Part shown: one piece after another, positions 25,984-34,601 of the stretch
Layout: the number at the start of each line of letters is the position of its first letter
Position numbering within the stretch: the first letter of the stretch is position 1
Source of the DNA: a virus
Reading direction: 5' to 3' (one strand)
Length of the DNA stretch: 64,000 bases
Virus record (IMG/VR): IMGVR_UViG_3300045988_143931
Location: 32,001-96,000 of that record
Program-made: the position numbers and the translations under genes
The notes under the pieces: model-generated
Databases searched by the model: none
What the model was told of the DNA's origin: nothing
What the model saw: the letters and a program-made list of their open reading frames with translations, nothing else

Positions 25984-27453
25984 CTATGCCATTGCAGCAC
26001 AATAATTATCAAAATCTTTCTTAATATATGTATAATTAATTTTCTGTGATGGACTAAAATCAGTCTTTTCATTCTGATAATCTTTCATCCATTTAGAGAA
26101 TTCTATATCTTTCTGAGTTTTATATACATAAGCCATTATTGCAATCAAAGCTGTTTTACATTTCTGATAAATAGGAGAACTTATTCTAACTATATCTTCT
26201 AAATCCTGTTCATAATCATTAATATCTAATTCAGAAATATCTTCACTTACATTATCCTGAACAAACTGTAATACATCAGAACTACCCGTATTCTGTTCTG
26301 ACATATTACTATCTGTTTCATCTTCGTTAGAAGACATAGTATTATTCTCTGTTTCAGATGTGATTTTTTCATTTTCTGAATGAGCTTCTTCCTTATTAAT
26401 ATGTAAATATTCTTCCATAAGCTTGATAAGCATACCAAACTTAGCAAATACAACTTTCTTATCCTTTGTACTTCTGTTACTGTCATATGTATCAAATGAT
26501 TCATTCTCATATTCTTCAAATGTCTTACTATGTAATGTTCTCTGAAATTCATTTAAGAAATCAGCAAACTTAATATCTTCTACATTGTATGAAGTGAATT
26601 TATGAAATGCTGCTAACCAAATAAAACTATTCTTACTATTAAATAACTGTCCGTTTGTGTTTTGATCTATTACATTCTGTAATCTATTAAGTTCCTCTTC
26701 TAATATATTGAATTCCTCTTCTGTGGCATTTTCATTAAGATACTTAGCCATAGCTGCGTTTTTCTTCCAAGAATCAGAATGGAACATTAACATAATAGAT
26801 TCTTCAACCACTCTATTTAGTACTTCTTTCTTGCGCTCTGGAGCTGTGTACTCACCACAATCCAAGAAAAATCTATTCTTTGTTACTCTCTTGAGTGAAT
26901 CTACCACTTTATACATCATTAAAACATTTTTTTGATTTGTATTCATGCTTGTCTGCTTATTATATCTATCAATATGGTAAGCTATTTCTTCATTAGTACA
27001 ATCAAGATGCTTAACTATGTCTACCTGAAAATTATCAAATTCTTCTTTTAATTCATCTGGAAGGTCTTTATACTTCTTACCTCTTAAATCATATTCCACT
27101 ACCTTACCACTGCCATCTTCAGCTTGATATGCAATCATAGGCATTCTCAATGATTTACTTATGGCAAATACATTATTCTTAAACTCTTCTAATACTGTTA
27201 ATCTCTGTAATCCATCAATCAACCAATTTGTAAAACCATCGCCTATTAACTGCTCACATAATTTTACAGAATCAATATCCTCATGCTTAATTACACTGGC
27301 AGCAAGTCCAGATTTTGCCTCGTCCGACCACTGATCAGGCTTTCTCTGTAATGGATGATTCTTATTGATTACATTTGTTCTAAACTGCTTAATCACCGTT
27401 CCTAACATTAACTGTGTCTTTACTACCTTATCTCTTCCTAACATTACTGCCAT
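25984..27453 (-). CDS. DUF262 (GmrSD N-terminal, ParB/Srx-fold) domain protein lacking an obvious DUF1524 nuclease
   Basis: N-terminal WLIDGLQRLT corresponds to the DGQQR signature. The C-terminal third is acidic, Ser/Asn-rich and low-complexity. Confidence 0.7.
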   Translation of the reverse strand: MAVMLGRDKVVKTQLMLGTVIKQFRTNVINKNHPLQRKPDQWSDEAKSGLAASVIKHEDIDSVKLCEQLIGDGFTNWLIDGLQRLTVLEEFKNNVFAISKSLRMPMIAYQAEDGSGKVVEYDLRGKKYKDLPDELKEEFDNFQVDIVKHLDCTNEEIAYHIDRYNKQTSMNTNQKNVLMMYKVVDSLKRVTKNRFFLDCGEYTAPERKKEVLNRVVEESIMLMFHSDSWKKNAAMAKYLNENATEEEFNILEEELNRLQNVIDQNTNGQLFNSKNSFIWLAAFHKFTSYNVEDIKFADFLNEFQRTLHSKTFEEYENESFDTYDSNRSTKDKKVVFAKFGMLIKLMEEYLHINKEEAHSENEKITSETENNTMSSNEDETDSNMSEQNTGSSDVLQFVQDNVSEDISELDINDYEQDLEDIVRISSPIYQKCKTALIAIMAYVYKTQKDIEFSKWMKDYQNEKTDFSPSQKINYTYIKKDFDNYCAAMA

Positions 27454-27471
27454 TGTAATATTCTCCCTTCT

Positions 27472-28128
27472 TTAATCAAATAATAATGATATGTATTCGT
27501 ATGACCTTAGAATCTTCATACAATCTAATAATTGTTGTTCTGTTATATGTAATAATTCCATAATTTCATCTCGATTGTATTCTTGAGAAAATAACTTTGC
27601 TACACCTCTAACTCTTTTAGGTAAATTGCTAAGATATAGTTCAACCTTATCTGTATATTCCTCTGCAATGAGAATATCTTCTATGTTTATCTTAGATGAT
27701 AGTGTCTCTTTTAAATTTTGCGTCTCATCATTATCCATATCAAATGAAACACTATCAATTCTTATAGGTCTTTTCTTGCCATTGATTTCTTCGTATATAA
27801 TCTTTCCATTACCGTCTCTGGCAAGATTGTTTCGGCAACCTGTATACTTATTATCACGAAACCAACTATAAGATGATCTTGAAATATTACCCGTTAGGTA
27901 TGTTTCAAATTTTGCCTTACTTTTAGTGTCATATGTAACTAAAGATTCTATTAATACCTCTATAGCATCATCAAGCAATTCGTCTTCTTCGTAATTATCA
28001 ACCTTACCTTTCCATATTTTATAGCAAATATTTTTTAACTTCTTCATTTCATTTGTCATATATAAATCAAGTATTTCTGACAACTTAGGATTGTTTTTAA
28101 TAACCAACATCATTTCTTTATTAATCAT
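27472..28128 (-). CDS. sigma-70/ECF-like RNA polymerase sigma factor (tentative)
   Basis: Region-2-like block (DDAIEVLIESLVTYD...FETYLTGNISRSSYSWFRDN). Region-4-like HTH near the C-terminus (NRDEIMELLHITEQQLLDCMKIL). Confidence 0.45.
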   Translation of the reverse strand: MINKEMMLVIKNNPKLSEILDLYMTNEMKKLKNICYKIWKGKVDNYEEDELLDDAIEVLIESLVTYDTKSKAKFETYLTGNISRSSYSWFRDNKYTGCRNNLARDGNGKIIYEEINGKKRPIRIDSVSFDMDNDETQNLKETLSSKINIEDILIAEEYTDKVELYLSNLPKRVRGVAKLFSQEYNRDEIMELLHITEQQLLDCMKILRSYEYISLLFD

Positions 28129-28169
28129 GACATCTACCTACCTTTCCATTTATATATTCTCGATTTACT

Positions 28170-28763
28170 TCACACTTTTTCATCTTCTTCTATCTCCGTA
28201 ACACGATACTTATATTTTCTATGTAATAATCCATCAACAGCTTTCTGTATGCGTTCTTTTTGAAAACGTGATGGTTTTATCTCATTTAATACATCAGATA
28301 TAATCATTAGTTCATCCTTTAATTCACGTCTTCTTCTACGATTCTTACGAAGTCTGACATATAACAGATATCCTTTATACATATTCATATCATTTTCCAA
28401 CTCAGCATCATGAACTATATCTATAAGTTCATCATCACAAGTATTAAGTTCGGCTATAAGTATGTTGCTTCTTGCTTCTGCTTCGTTTAACGTCTGTCCA
28501 ATTGAACCGAATTTATCAATCCATTGTGAAACGGATTCGGGTATTTTATATGTATTATTTTCTATAATTTTAGGTGGTATATCAGGTATTGCTTCAACAC
28601 GAAAACCATATCTCTTCAATGTTTTCGGTAATGAACTTAATATATTTTTTGCTTTCGACTCACTAAATATACTTTTCATTTTTTCTGCACATGTTTCTAT
28701 CTTCCCACTGTTTATTCGAAGATAAATTTTCCCACTCCTGATAATATAATCCAAGATAATCAC
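28170..28763 (-). CDS. hypothetical protein with Arg-rich helix (197 aa; true start may be TTG at 28754)
   Basis: ORF track. The GGAG SD is better spaced for the TTG at 28754. Contains RKNRRRRRELKDE. Confidence 0.55.
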   Translation of the reverse strand: MIILDYIIRSGKIYLRINSGKIETCAEKMKSIFSESKAKNILSSLPKTLKRYGFRVEAIPDIPPKIIENNTYKIPESVSQWIDKFGSIGQTLNEAEARSNILIAELNTCDDELIDIVHDAELENDMNMYKGYLLYVRLRKNRRRRRELKDELMIISDVLNEIKPSRFQKERIQKAVDGLLHRKYKYRVTEIEEDEKV

Positions 28764-28864
28764 TCCTCTCTGATTTTTGACGCACTTTAATAAGCCTTGG
28801 GTATACCAAAGAAAAATTAAAATGCTATTAAATTGTTAAAATTTGGAAAAATTCTGCGAATGCA

Positions 28865-28893
28865 TTGATTTTTATATAATTGATATGTATAAT
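28865..28893 (+). promoter_or_regulatory. near-consensus sigma-70 type promoter (TTGATT-17-TATAAT)
   Basis: -35 TTGATT at 28865-28870. 17-nt spacer. -10 TATAAT at 28888-28893. No ORF follows. Confidence 0.6.
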
Positions 28894-28899
28894 TTAAAT

Positions 28900-28984
28900 G
28901 CGTACTAGTCTTTTTCCCCCAAGAAATAGATTTTGTATGTTGCTTGACTAGAAAGTTGGTAGCTGGCTAGTCAAGCATTTTTTA
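28900..28984 (+). ncRNA. candidate ~85-nt small RNA (promoter to intrinsic terminator, no ORF)
   Basis: Bounded by the 28865 promoter and the hairpin TGCTTGACTAG/CTAGTCAAGCA plus T-run. Convergent with the end of the MazF operon. Confidence 0.45.
28941..28984 (+). terminator. rho-independent terminator
   Basis: 11-bp perfect stem (28941-28951 with 28967-28977) followed by TTTTTTA. Confidence 0.7.
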
Positions 28985-29054
28985 TTTTCTTTTCCATTAT
29001 ATTACTCCGAACATGTGTTTGTGTCAATATAAATTCGAACAAAAATTCGAGAAA

Positions 29055-29351
29055 TTATCTTAGCAAAATATCATGCATAATTCCCTTCTTAATAATATTT
29101 TTTATGTCCTGTTCGACATTAAATAGTTGCATATGAGGAATGTACTCATCCTCATTCACAATTATTGTTTTTGATTTTCTAACTAATAAGCACCCATCAT
29201 CAGGTGTTGCAATTTTCTTTGAAGAAGTATTATTATCAAAATCCATTGTAAGTATTACTACATTCTTAGGATTTTTCCCTTCAGCTTTCAGCTTTTGTAA
29301 TCTTTCAATTGCTTCGTCAATTGAGGTATAATCATATGTTTCTGTCTTCAT
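29055..29351 (-). CDS. hypothetical protein (98 aa) co-transcribed downstream of MazF; candidate non-canonical antitoxin
   Basis: SD GGAGAGGAGAG. The ATG is 18 nt after the mazF stop. No family recognised. Confidence 0.6.
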   Translation of the reverse strand: MKTETYDYTSIDEAIERLQKLKAEGKNPKNVVILTMDFDNNTSSKKIATPDDGCLLVRKSKTIIVNEDEYIPHMQLFNVEQDIKNIIKKGIMHDILLR

Positions 29352-29369
29352 GATATTCTCTCCTCTCCC

Positions 29370-29720
29370 TTATATCAAAGCCAAACTTATTTTCATCGCT
29401 TCCATAACCTTTAAACTATCTTCAGCAGATAATTCACCAATTTTAAATTGAATCCGATCTTTATCAATCGTTGTAATCTGCTCTAATGCCACAACAGAAT
29501 CATATTTTAGTCCATTAAGCTCATCTTTATGTATTTCTACATGTGTTGGCAATTCTCTTTTAGACTTGGTTGTTATAATGGCAATTATAGTGGTAGGGCT
29601 AAACTTATTGCCAATATTGTTTTGCAATATTAGTACCGGTCTTTTACCACTCTGTTCTGAGCCTTTAGAATCGTATTTAGTTATATCAGCGAAATATATT
29701 TCACCACGTTTAATTTCCAT
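29370..29720 (-). CDS. mazF: MazF/PemK-family endoribonuclease toxin
   Basis: RGEIYFADI...GSEQSGKRPVLILQNN...PTTIIAIITTK...SVVALEQITTIDKDR follows the PemK/MazF fold signature. SD AGGAGGG. Confidence 0.85.
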   Translation of the reverse strand: MEIKRGEIYFADITKYDSKGSEQSGKRPVLILQNNIGNKFSPTTIIAIITTKSKRELPTHVEIHKDELNGLKYDSVVALEQITTIDKDRIQFKIGELSAEDSLKVMEAMKISLALI

Positions 29721-29764
29721 TATGTTAGCCCTCCTTTCTCTGTTTGTCCCTTTTGATATTTTAT

Positions 29765-29793
29765 ATAATACATCATATTATAATATATGTCAA
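29765..29793 (-). promoter_or_regulatory. promoter of the mazF operon (TTGACA-17-TATTAT)
   Basis: On the minus strand, -35 TTGACA lies at 29793-29788 and -10 TATTAT at 29770-29765. Confidence 0.6.
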
Positions 29794-29800
29794 CATATAT
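29783..29800. promoter_or_regulatory. palindromic operator candidate ATATATG-tcaa-CATATAT
   Basis: 7-bp perfect arms. Covers the -35 of the mazF promoter and sits between the two divergent promoters. Confidence 0.5.
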
Positions 29801-29802
29801 TA

Positions 29803-29831
29803 TTGATTAATATATTATTTTTTACTATAAT
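29803..29831 (+). promoter_or_regulatory. promoter of the XRE gene (TTGATT-17-TATAAT)
   Basis: -35 at 29803-29808 and -10 at 29826-29831. Confidence 0.6.
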
Positions 29832-29861
29832 ACAAATAAATAATATATGAAGAGGTGCTAT

Positions 29862-30068
29862 ATGTACAAGCTTAATGTAAAAAATCTTTTAGATGCAAAA
29901 GGTAAAACACAATATTGGCTTTCTAAACAAACAGGGATATCCGCAAATAATGTAAGCAAAATCTATAATGGAGAAACAATCAATATTAGACTTGATACAA
30001 TTAATAAATTGTGTGAAGCATTAGAATGTACACCATGCGAATTATTTATTAAGGACGATACAAAATAA
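29862..30068 (+). CDS. XRE/Cro-family helix-turn-helix regulator (68 aa)
   Basis: QYWLSKQTGISANNVSKIYNGE...LDTINKLCEALECTPCELF is a classic HTH_3 pattern. The ATG at 29862 has SD AGAGGTG. Confidence 0.85.
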   Translation: MYKLNVKNLLDAKGKTQYWLSKQTGISANNVSKIYNGETINIRLDTINKLCEALECTPCELFIKDDTK

Positions 30069-30082
30069 CTTTGTATCATCCT

Positions 30083-31084
30083 TTACATATTGTTTAACAC
30101 ATCTTTCATCCCCACTGCACCATTTGCATAATTATTAACTGTTGTATTTACATTACTATGTCCTAACTGCTGCTGTACAAATGCAAGATTTCCATTTCTG
30201 TTCATTATACTAGCATAATAATGACGCATCATATGTGGTGTTATACCATTTCCATAATTCTCAAATATCTGTTTGATATTTCTTTCTGTTGTACGAGTTC
30301 CATTTTTATTTACAAACACAGCTTCTGTATCAATAATGTTACTTAATGTGCTTCTGTATTCTAACCACTCTCTTATAGCTTTTAAAGCAGATCCGCTAAG
30401 ATATACCATTCTATTTTGCATTTCTCTGTACACACCTTTACCAAGAATAGTAATATAAGGCATTTCTTCATCTAAATGCAAATTAGATAAATCCAAACCA
30501 GCAAGTTCAGATTCTCTTATTCCAGTTCCTCTTAATACTCGAAAAATAGCAATATTTCTATTTCTTACTGAAATATCCTTTTTCCACATTATTTTTTCTT
30601 CCATATCATTAAGTTGCTTTTCTGTTGGAAGTTTTTTAGTTAAATTGTTTCCAGATGGAATCCCTTTATAAGTTACATCTTTAAAGAATCCATCTTTAAT
30701 TTCAGTTCCCTTCACTCTACTCATATAATCCCAAAAACTACTTATTATATGTTTTCTAGTTTCTAATGTCGTAGGTGACATTCCATTCTGTTCTTTAGTC
30801 TTTAAATATAACGTGATATCTTCTGCCATAATGTCAGTAAAATCTGATGGCTCAATATCTGAAATATTTGTTTTATCAATAAGTTTCTCTTCAATAAACC
30901 AATTGAGCAAATCTACAATAACTCCAAGATAATTTAAAGCACCTGCTTTACTTTCAATTTTAACAGTGAAATATTTTCTCATATATATAGGAAAATTTAA
31001 CTCATCCAACTTCCTATTAAGCTTTTCAGCATTTTTGTTTTGTACTTCTATTTTGTAACACATATTCATCAACCTCACTTTCAT
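30083..31084 (-). CDS. tyrosine recombinase/integrase A
   Basis: Catalytic pattern: GTGIRESEL (R), HMMRHYYAS (HxxR), LGHSNVNTTVNNY (H...Y). The start is uncertain because it overlaps the upstream ORF. Confidence 0.85.
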   Translation of the reverse strand: MKVRLMNMCYKIEVQNKNAEKLNRKLDELNFPIYMRKYFTVKIESKAGALNYLGVIVDLLNWFIEEKLIDKTNISDIEPSDFTDIMAEDITLYLKTKEQNGMSPTTLETRKHIISSFWDYMSRVKGTEIKDGFFKDVTYKGIPSGNNLTKKLPTEKQLNDMEEKIMWKKDISVRNRNIAIFRVLRGTGIRESELAGLDLSNLHLDEEMPYITILGKGVYREMQNRMVYLSGSALKAIREWLEYRSTLSNIIDTEAVFVNKNGTRTTERNIKQIFENYGNGITPHMMRHYYASIMNRNGNLAFVQQQLGHSNVNTTVNNYANGAVGMKDVLNNM

Positions 31085-31331
31085 ATTCGTCTATGTAATA
31101 ATTCTCTCTTTTTATCTTTGCAGCCTCAAAAATTTCTTCATATGAATCACAAAATCTTACTTCGATACACTTCGTTACCTCTCCGCACTTCAAACAATAC
31201 AAATCTTTAATATGTTTTCGTTCTCTTTGTCTCTGTCTCTGAATTCCACTGGCTAACATATTTTCATTCATACATTTCATACATATGAATCTGCTTGCAT
31301 GTTTTGGATTTCCATTCTTATATCTACTCAA
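31026..31331 (-). CDS. zinc-ribbon protein (101 aa)
   Basis: CMKC...CLKCGEVTKC. ORF track. Confidence 0.5.
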   Translation of the reverse strand: MSRYKNGNPKHASRFICMKCMNENMLASGIQRQRQRERKHIKDLYCLKCGEVTKCIEVRFCDSYEEIFEAAKIKRENYYIDEYESEVDEYVLQNRSTKQKC

Positions 31332-31352
31332 AAATTATTCACCTCATTTCCG

Positions 31353-31382
31353 CAATAAAAAAGAAGCAGGTATTTCTGCTTC
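31353..31382 (-). terminator. rho-independent terminator
   Basis: AGAAGCAG/CTGCTTCT 8-bp stem followed by TTTTTTATT on the minus strand. Confidence 0.75.
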
Positions 31383-31438
31383 TAATACTTGTTTCTATAT
31401 TTGATTTGTTTTCAATAAGAAAGCAATTTTTCTTTGGG

Positions 31439-31690
31439 TTATATTTTTTCTCTTAATTTATTACAAAAATCAGAGGAATCAAGTAATGAGCCGTCAAATA
31501 TTTTTTTACCTTCTGATTCATATATTTTCAATGAACCATCGAATCCTATAACAGCATATTCTCCGTTATATTTATTCATATCTGAAAGTTTCCATTTAAC
31601 AACTTTATACTGTGTACTGTCATCCATAGGATCACAATATCCATCATATTCTAAAAGGGCAATTCCAAACATATAAACTATATTATCCAT
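31439..31690 (-). CDS. hypothetical protein (83 aa)
   Basis: ORF track. SD GGAGGTG. Confidence 0.6.
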   Translation of the reverse strand: MDNIVYMFGIALLEYDGYCDPMDDSTQYKVVKWKLSDMNKYNGEYAVIGFDGSLKIYESEGKKIFDGSLLDSSDFCNKLREKI

Positions 31691-31728
31691 TATCTATTCA
31701 CCTCCAAATTTTCAAAAGAAATCGTCAT

Positions 31729-31926
31729 TTACACTGGTTTATATTTTTGACGATTTACTTTCTGTCTTTCTTCAATAATAAGATTCAAAATAATTGTTAG
31801 TCTCCTCTTTTCATTTGAGGAATCAGTCTCTTCATATATCTTAGTCAGTTTACCCTCATATTCTTGTTGTAAGCTACATAATTCTCTTTCATATTCTATC
31901 AATTCTTTTAGTGTCATATTTGTCAT
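31729..31926 (-). CDS. hypothetical protein (65 aa)
   Basis: Start moved to MTNMTLKEL, which has SD GAGGTG. Confidence 0.55.
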   Translation of the reverse strand: MTNMTLKELIEYERELCSLQQEYEGKLTKIYEETDSSNEKRRLTIILNLIIEERQKVNRQKYKPV

Positions 31927-31969
31927 TATATCACCTCGTTTCTTCTGCTCATTAATCAAATCTTATACT

Positions 31970-32257
31970 TCATATACAAAATTTCTGCCCACATTGAGGA
32001 CAATATGTATTTGTAGAATATACATTACTACCACAAATACTACACCGATGTACAATTTTTGATTTTCCCAACAAGCCAAATTCTCTTTCGTTAGTTGTTG
32101 GGATTCTCTTTTGCTTTCTTACACATTCTTCTATAGTATCTATATTAGCCATTAAATCTTTAATATCACCAACAGTTATAACTCCATTTTCATTACTATA
32201 TGCAATTTTAAATTGTTGTATGGAAATCAATGCCGCATTTATTTCTTCTTCATACAT
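31970..32257 (-). CDS. hypothetical protein with C-terminal zinc ribbon (95 aa)
   Basis: CSICGSN...YCPQCGQKF. Confidence 0.6.
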   Translation of the reverse strand: MYEEEINAALISIQQFKIAYSNENGVITVGDIKDLMANIDTIEECVRKQKRIPTTNEREFGLLGKSKIVHRCSICGSNVYSTNTYCPQCGQKFCI

Positions 32258-32267
32258 TTATATCACC

Positions 32268-32474
32268 TCAATCTCCTATTAGCCAATCTTTTCCATCACA
32301 AGATTTGTGTTCTTGGACAATTTCATCAGTTAATTTTATATTTTCAAAAAATCCACTACCAATTGCTGCACAACCATATGAGCAATATTTATCTGTAAAC
32401 CCAGTTCTTACAACAATAATTGAATTTTCAAGTAATGACTTGCCACATGTAGAACATTCCATATATCTTACCAT
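32268..32474 (-). CDS. hypothetical Cys-containing protein (68 aa)
   Basis: ORF track. Abuts the upstream gene. Confidence 0.55.
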   Translation of the reverse strand: MVRYMECSTCGKSLLENSIIVVRTGFTDKYCSYGCAAIGSGFFENIKLTDEIVQEHKSCDGKDWLIGD

Positions 32475-32804
32475 TTATATCACCTCTTCCAATCTTCCCA
32501 ATAAATCATTCTTTACTTCAATTAAAACTTGAATTCTATTTTGCATACTTATAACACCTATATCTCCATTACTCTTGTAATATTTTTGCAATTCATTTTC
32601 ACACCTATTAATTTCCATATCAAGCTCACCAATATATTCTCTTATCTTTTCTCTCATATCTGGTTGATTCTCATACTGATATAGTTTTTGTAGTGGTTCT
32701 TGCATTTTTTGATTAGAATCTAAATCAGCTTCAGCATATACAAACATACACTGATTTTTTATAAATGGCATATTCCAATTTAATTTTTGTATTAATTTAC
32801 CCAT
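32475..32804 (-). CDS. hypothetical protein (109 aa)
   Basis: ORF track. SD AAAGGTGAAAG. Confidence 0.6.
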   Translation of the reverse strand: MGKLIQKLNWNMPFIKNQCMFVYAEADLDSNQKMQEPLQKLYQYENQPDMREKIREYIGELDMEINRCENELQKYYKSNGDIGVISMQNRIQVLIEVKNDLLGRLEEVI

Positions 32805-32816
32805 TATCTTTCACCT

Positions 32817-32954
32817 TTAATCTTCAATTCCAAATGCATCATATAATCTAGTTTTTAATTCCAATATAGCCGTTTGCTCATTTGAATTTTTATCTAGTAG
32901 TTCCATATTTACTGCCTCATCTATAATCATCTTTATATCATCAATATCGTACAT
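32817..32954 (-). CDS. small acidic protein (45 aa), hand-called
   Basis: ATG after GGGAGG. Product MYDIDDIKMIIDEAVNMELLDKNSNEQTAILELKTRLYDAFGIED. Confidence 0.5.
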   Translation of the reverse strand: MYDIDDIKMIIDEAVNMELLDKNSNEQTAILELKTRLYDAFGIED

Positions 32955-32981
32955 ACTATACTACCTCCCAAAACTTGAAAG

Positions 32982-33212
32982 TTAAATTTCTTTGCCTCTA
33001 TGTTCTATGAACCATCTATTTGCTATTGTATGAGTCAATTCAATTTGAAGCATTAATACAGTATTTGCTCCGAAATCTTTTTCATATTCTTTTTTAATTT
33101 TCCCCAATTCGTTATCATCTGGAAAACCAGATATTTTTTCTGCTTCAAGAAATTGTCCGTATAATACAGATAATTCTTCATCCGATTTTGTTTCAAATAT
33201 ATTCACATGCAT
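32982..33212 (-). CDS. hypothetical protein (76 aa)
   Basis: ORF track. SD GGGAGAA. Confidence 0.6.
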   Translation of the reverse strand: MHVNIFETKSDEELSVLYGQFLEAEKISGFPDDNELGKIKKEYEKDFGANTVLMLQIELTHTIANRWFIEHRGKEI

Positions 33213-33252
33213 AATGATTATTCTCCCTTCTTAACTTGAAACTTAGATTTCT

Positions 33253-33525
33253 TTACTTATTCCAACCAGATTTGCTCCATAAAATACTTCCGTTTGCATT
33301 GCAGCTTAATTCAACTCCTTTGTTCTTGAACCATAATTCCATCCAATCAAAGAAATCTCTTGTTGGATTAATTGTAAAACTATCAACACTGTTCATACTT
33401 GGAAGCGTAATCTTTATTTGCGAATTTCCGCTTGTACCATATTCATCATATTCGTATCTAAAAGGACAACCTTTTAATGCAAGTTCATTGTTAAATTCTG
33501 TTACCATTTCTAATGTTATTTTCAT
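33253..33525 (-). CDS. hypothetical protein (90 aa)
   Basis: ORF track. SD AAAGGAAAA. Confidence 0.6.
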   Translation of the reverse strand: MKITLEMVTEFNNELALKGCPFRYEYDEYGTSGNSQIKITLPSMNSVDSFTINPTRDFFDWMELWFKNKGVELSCNANGSILWSKSGWNK

Positions 33526-33570
33526 ATTTTATTTTCCTTTCCACAAGAAACTTGGTTTCCTTAGTTTGCT

Positions 33571-34236
33571 TTATTTTTCACTAAACGAATTATTCTTATT
33601 AGGCATCTCCTCAATGATATCAGAATATTTATTATAGATGTTATTTTCAATTTCTTTTCTAGCTTTAATTGCATCATCTTTGTTAACAAAATAACCTAGA
33701 TGATGATTTTCACCATTAAAATATATTCTAGCCTGCCATTTTTGCTTATCTTTTTTCCATGATACACCAGGATAGCCGCTTGTATTTCTTGAAGTTTTTT
33801 TACCTAAATGAATAAAACTCTCTGCTTTTATGTTGCTATCTGGTAAATATTCTTCAGTTAGACATCCACAAGAATATCTTTTCACTAAATGAGAAATTGA
33901 AAGAGTTATCACATTGCCACATTTACATTTGCATATATACTGTGTACGACCATCTTCTCCTATAGTTGTGTCAATAACGGATAAAAGTCCAAATTTATCA
34001 CCTATTTTAACTCTTCCTTTTCCTAAATGTTTTTCTCTTTGATATTTTTTTTGATAGCACCCACAACTTTTTATTTTTTGCGATGTAATACTACTTGTTT
34101 GTGCATAAAAAATATTACCGCATTCACATTGACATTCCCAATACAATCTATTTTTCCCTTTATATTCTTTATATACTGGTTTAATTACTTTAAAATGTGG
34201 ATATTGTGTATTAGATAACTCTTTTCTCTTTCTCAT
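33571..34236 (-). CDS. AP2-domain DNA-binding protein with duplicated Cys-cluster N-terminus
   Basis: GYPGVSWKKDKQKWQARIYFNGENHHLGYFVNKDDAIKARKE is an AP2 pattern. Two CxCxCG...CGC repeats lie upstream of it. Confidence 0.6.
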   Translation of the reverse strand: MRKRKELSNTQYPHFKVIKPVYKEYKGKNRLYWECQCECGNIFYAQTSSITSQKIKSCGCYQKKYQREKHLGKGRVKIGDKFGLLSVIDTTIGEDGRTQYICKCKCGNVITLSISHLVKRYSCGCLTEEYLPDSNIKAESFIHLGKKTSRNTSGYPGVSWKKDKQKWQARIYFNGENHHLGYFVNKDDAIKARKEIENNIYNKYSDIIEEMPNKNNSFSEK

Positions 34237-34253
34237 TTTCTCTCCTAAAATCA

Positions 34254-34508
34254 CTACTGAAGCTGTTCTTCTATTTCTTTTTCGTTAAGAAATGATAAAT
34301 CATCAATATAAACACACACCTCTTTATTTTCTGTAAGAATCCAAATTACATCTCTTCCATTTCTACAAGTATTTAATGTAATTGTATCATCATTGATCCA
34401 CGATTGAATATTCTCTTCATCCAATTCATAGTTTATTTCATTTAATGCTTCAATAATTGCCTTCTTTTCCCTATCTTCTACCTTTGTGTTTTCGTTCCAT
34501 ACTAACAT
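34254..34508 (-). CDS. hypothetical acidic protein (84 aa)
   Basis: ORF track. SD GGAGGTAAAAG. Confidence 0.6.
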   Translation of the reverse strand: MLVWNENTKVEDREKKAIIEALNEINYELDEENIQSWINDDTITLNTCRNGRDVIWILTENKEVCVYIDDLSFLNEKEIEEQLQ

Positions 34509-34601
34509 ACTCTTTTACCTCCAATTTTCCAATGAATCTATTATTTATTGCTCCTTCCATTCTACATAATATCACCCAACAACTCAACTACTTCATTGCG
34601 T

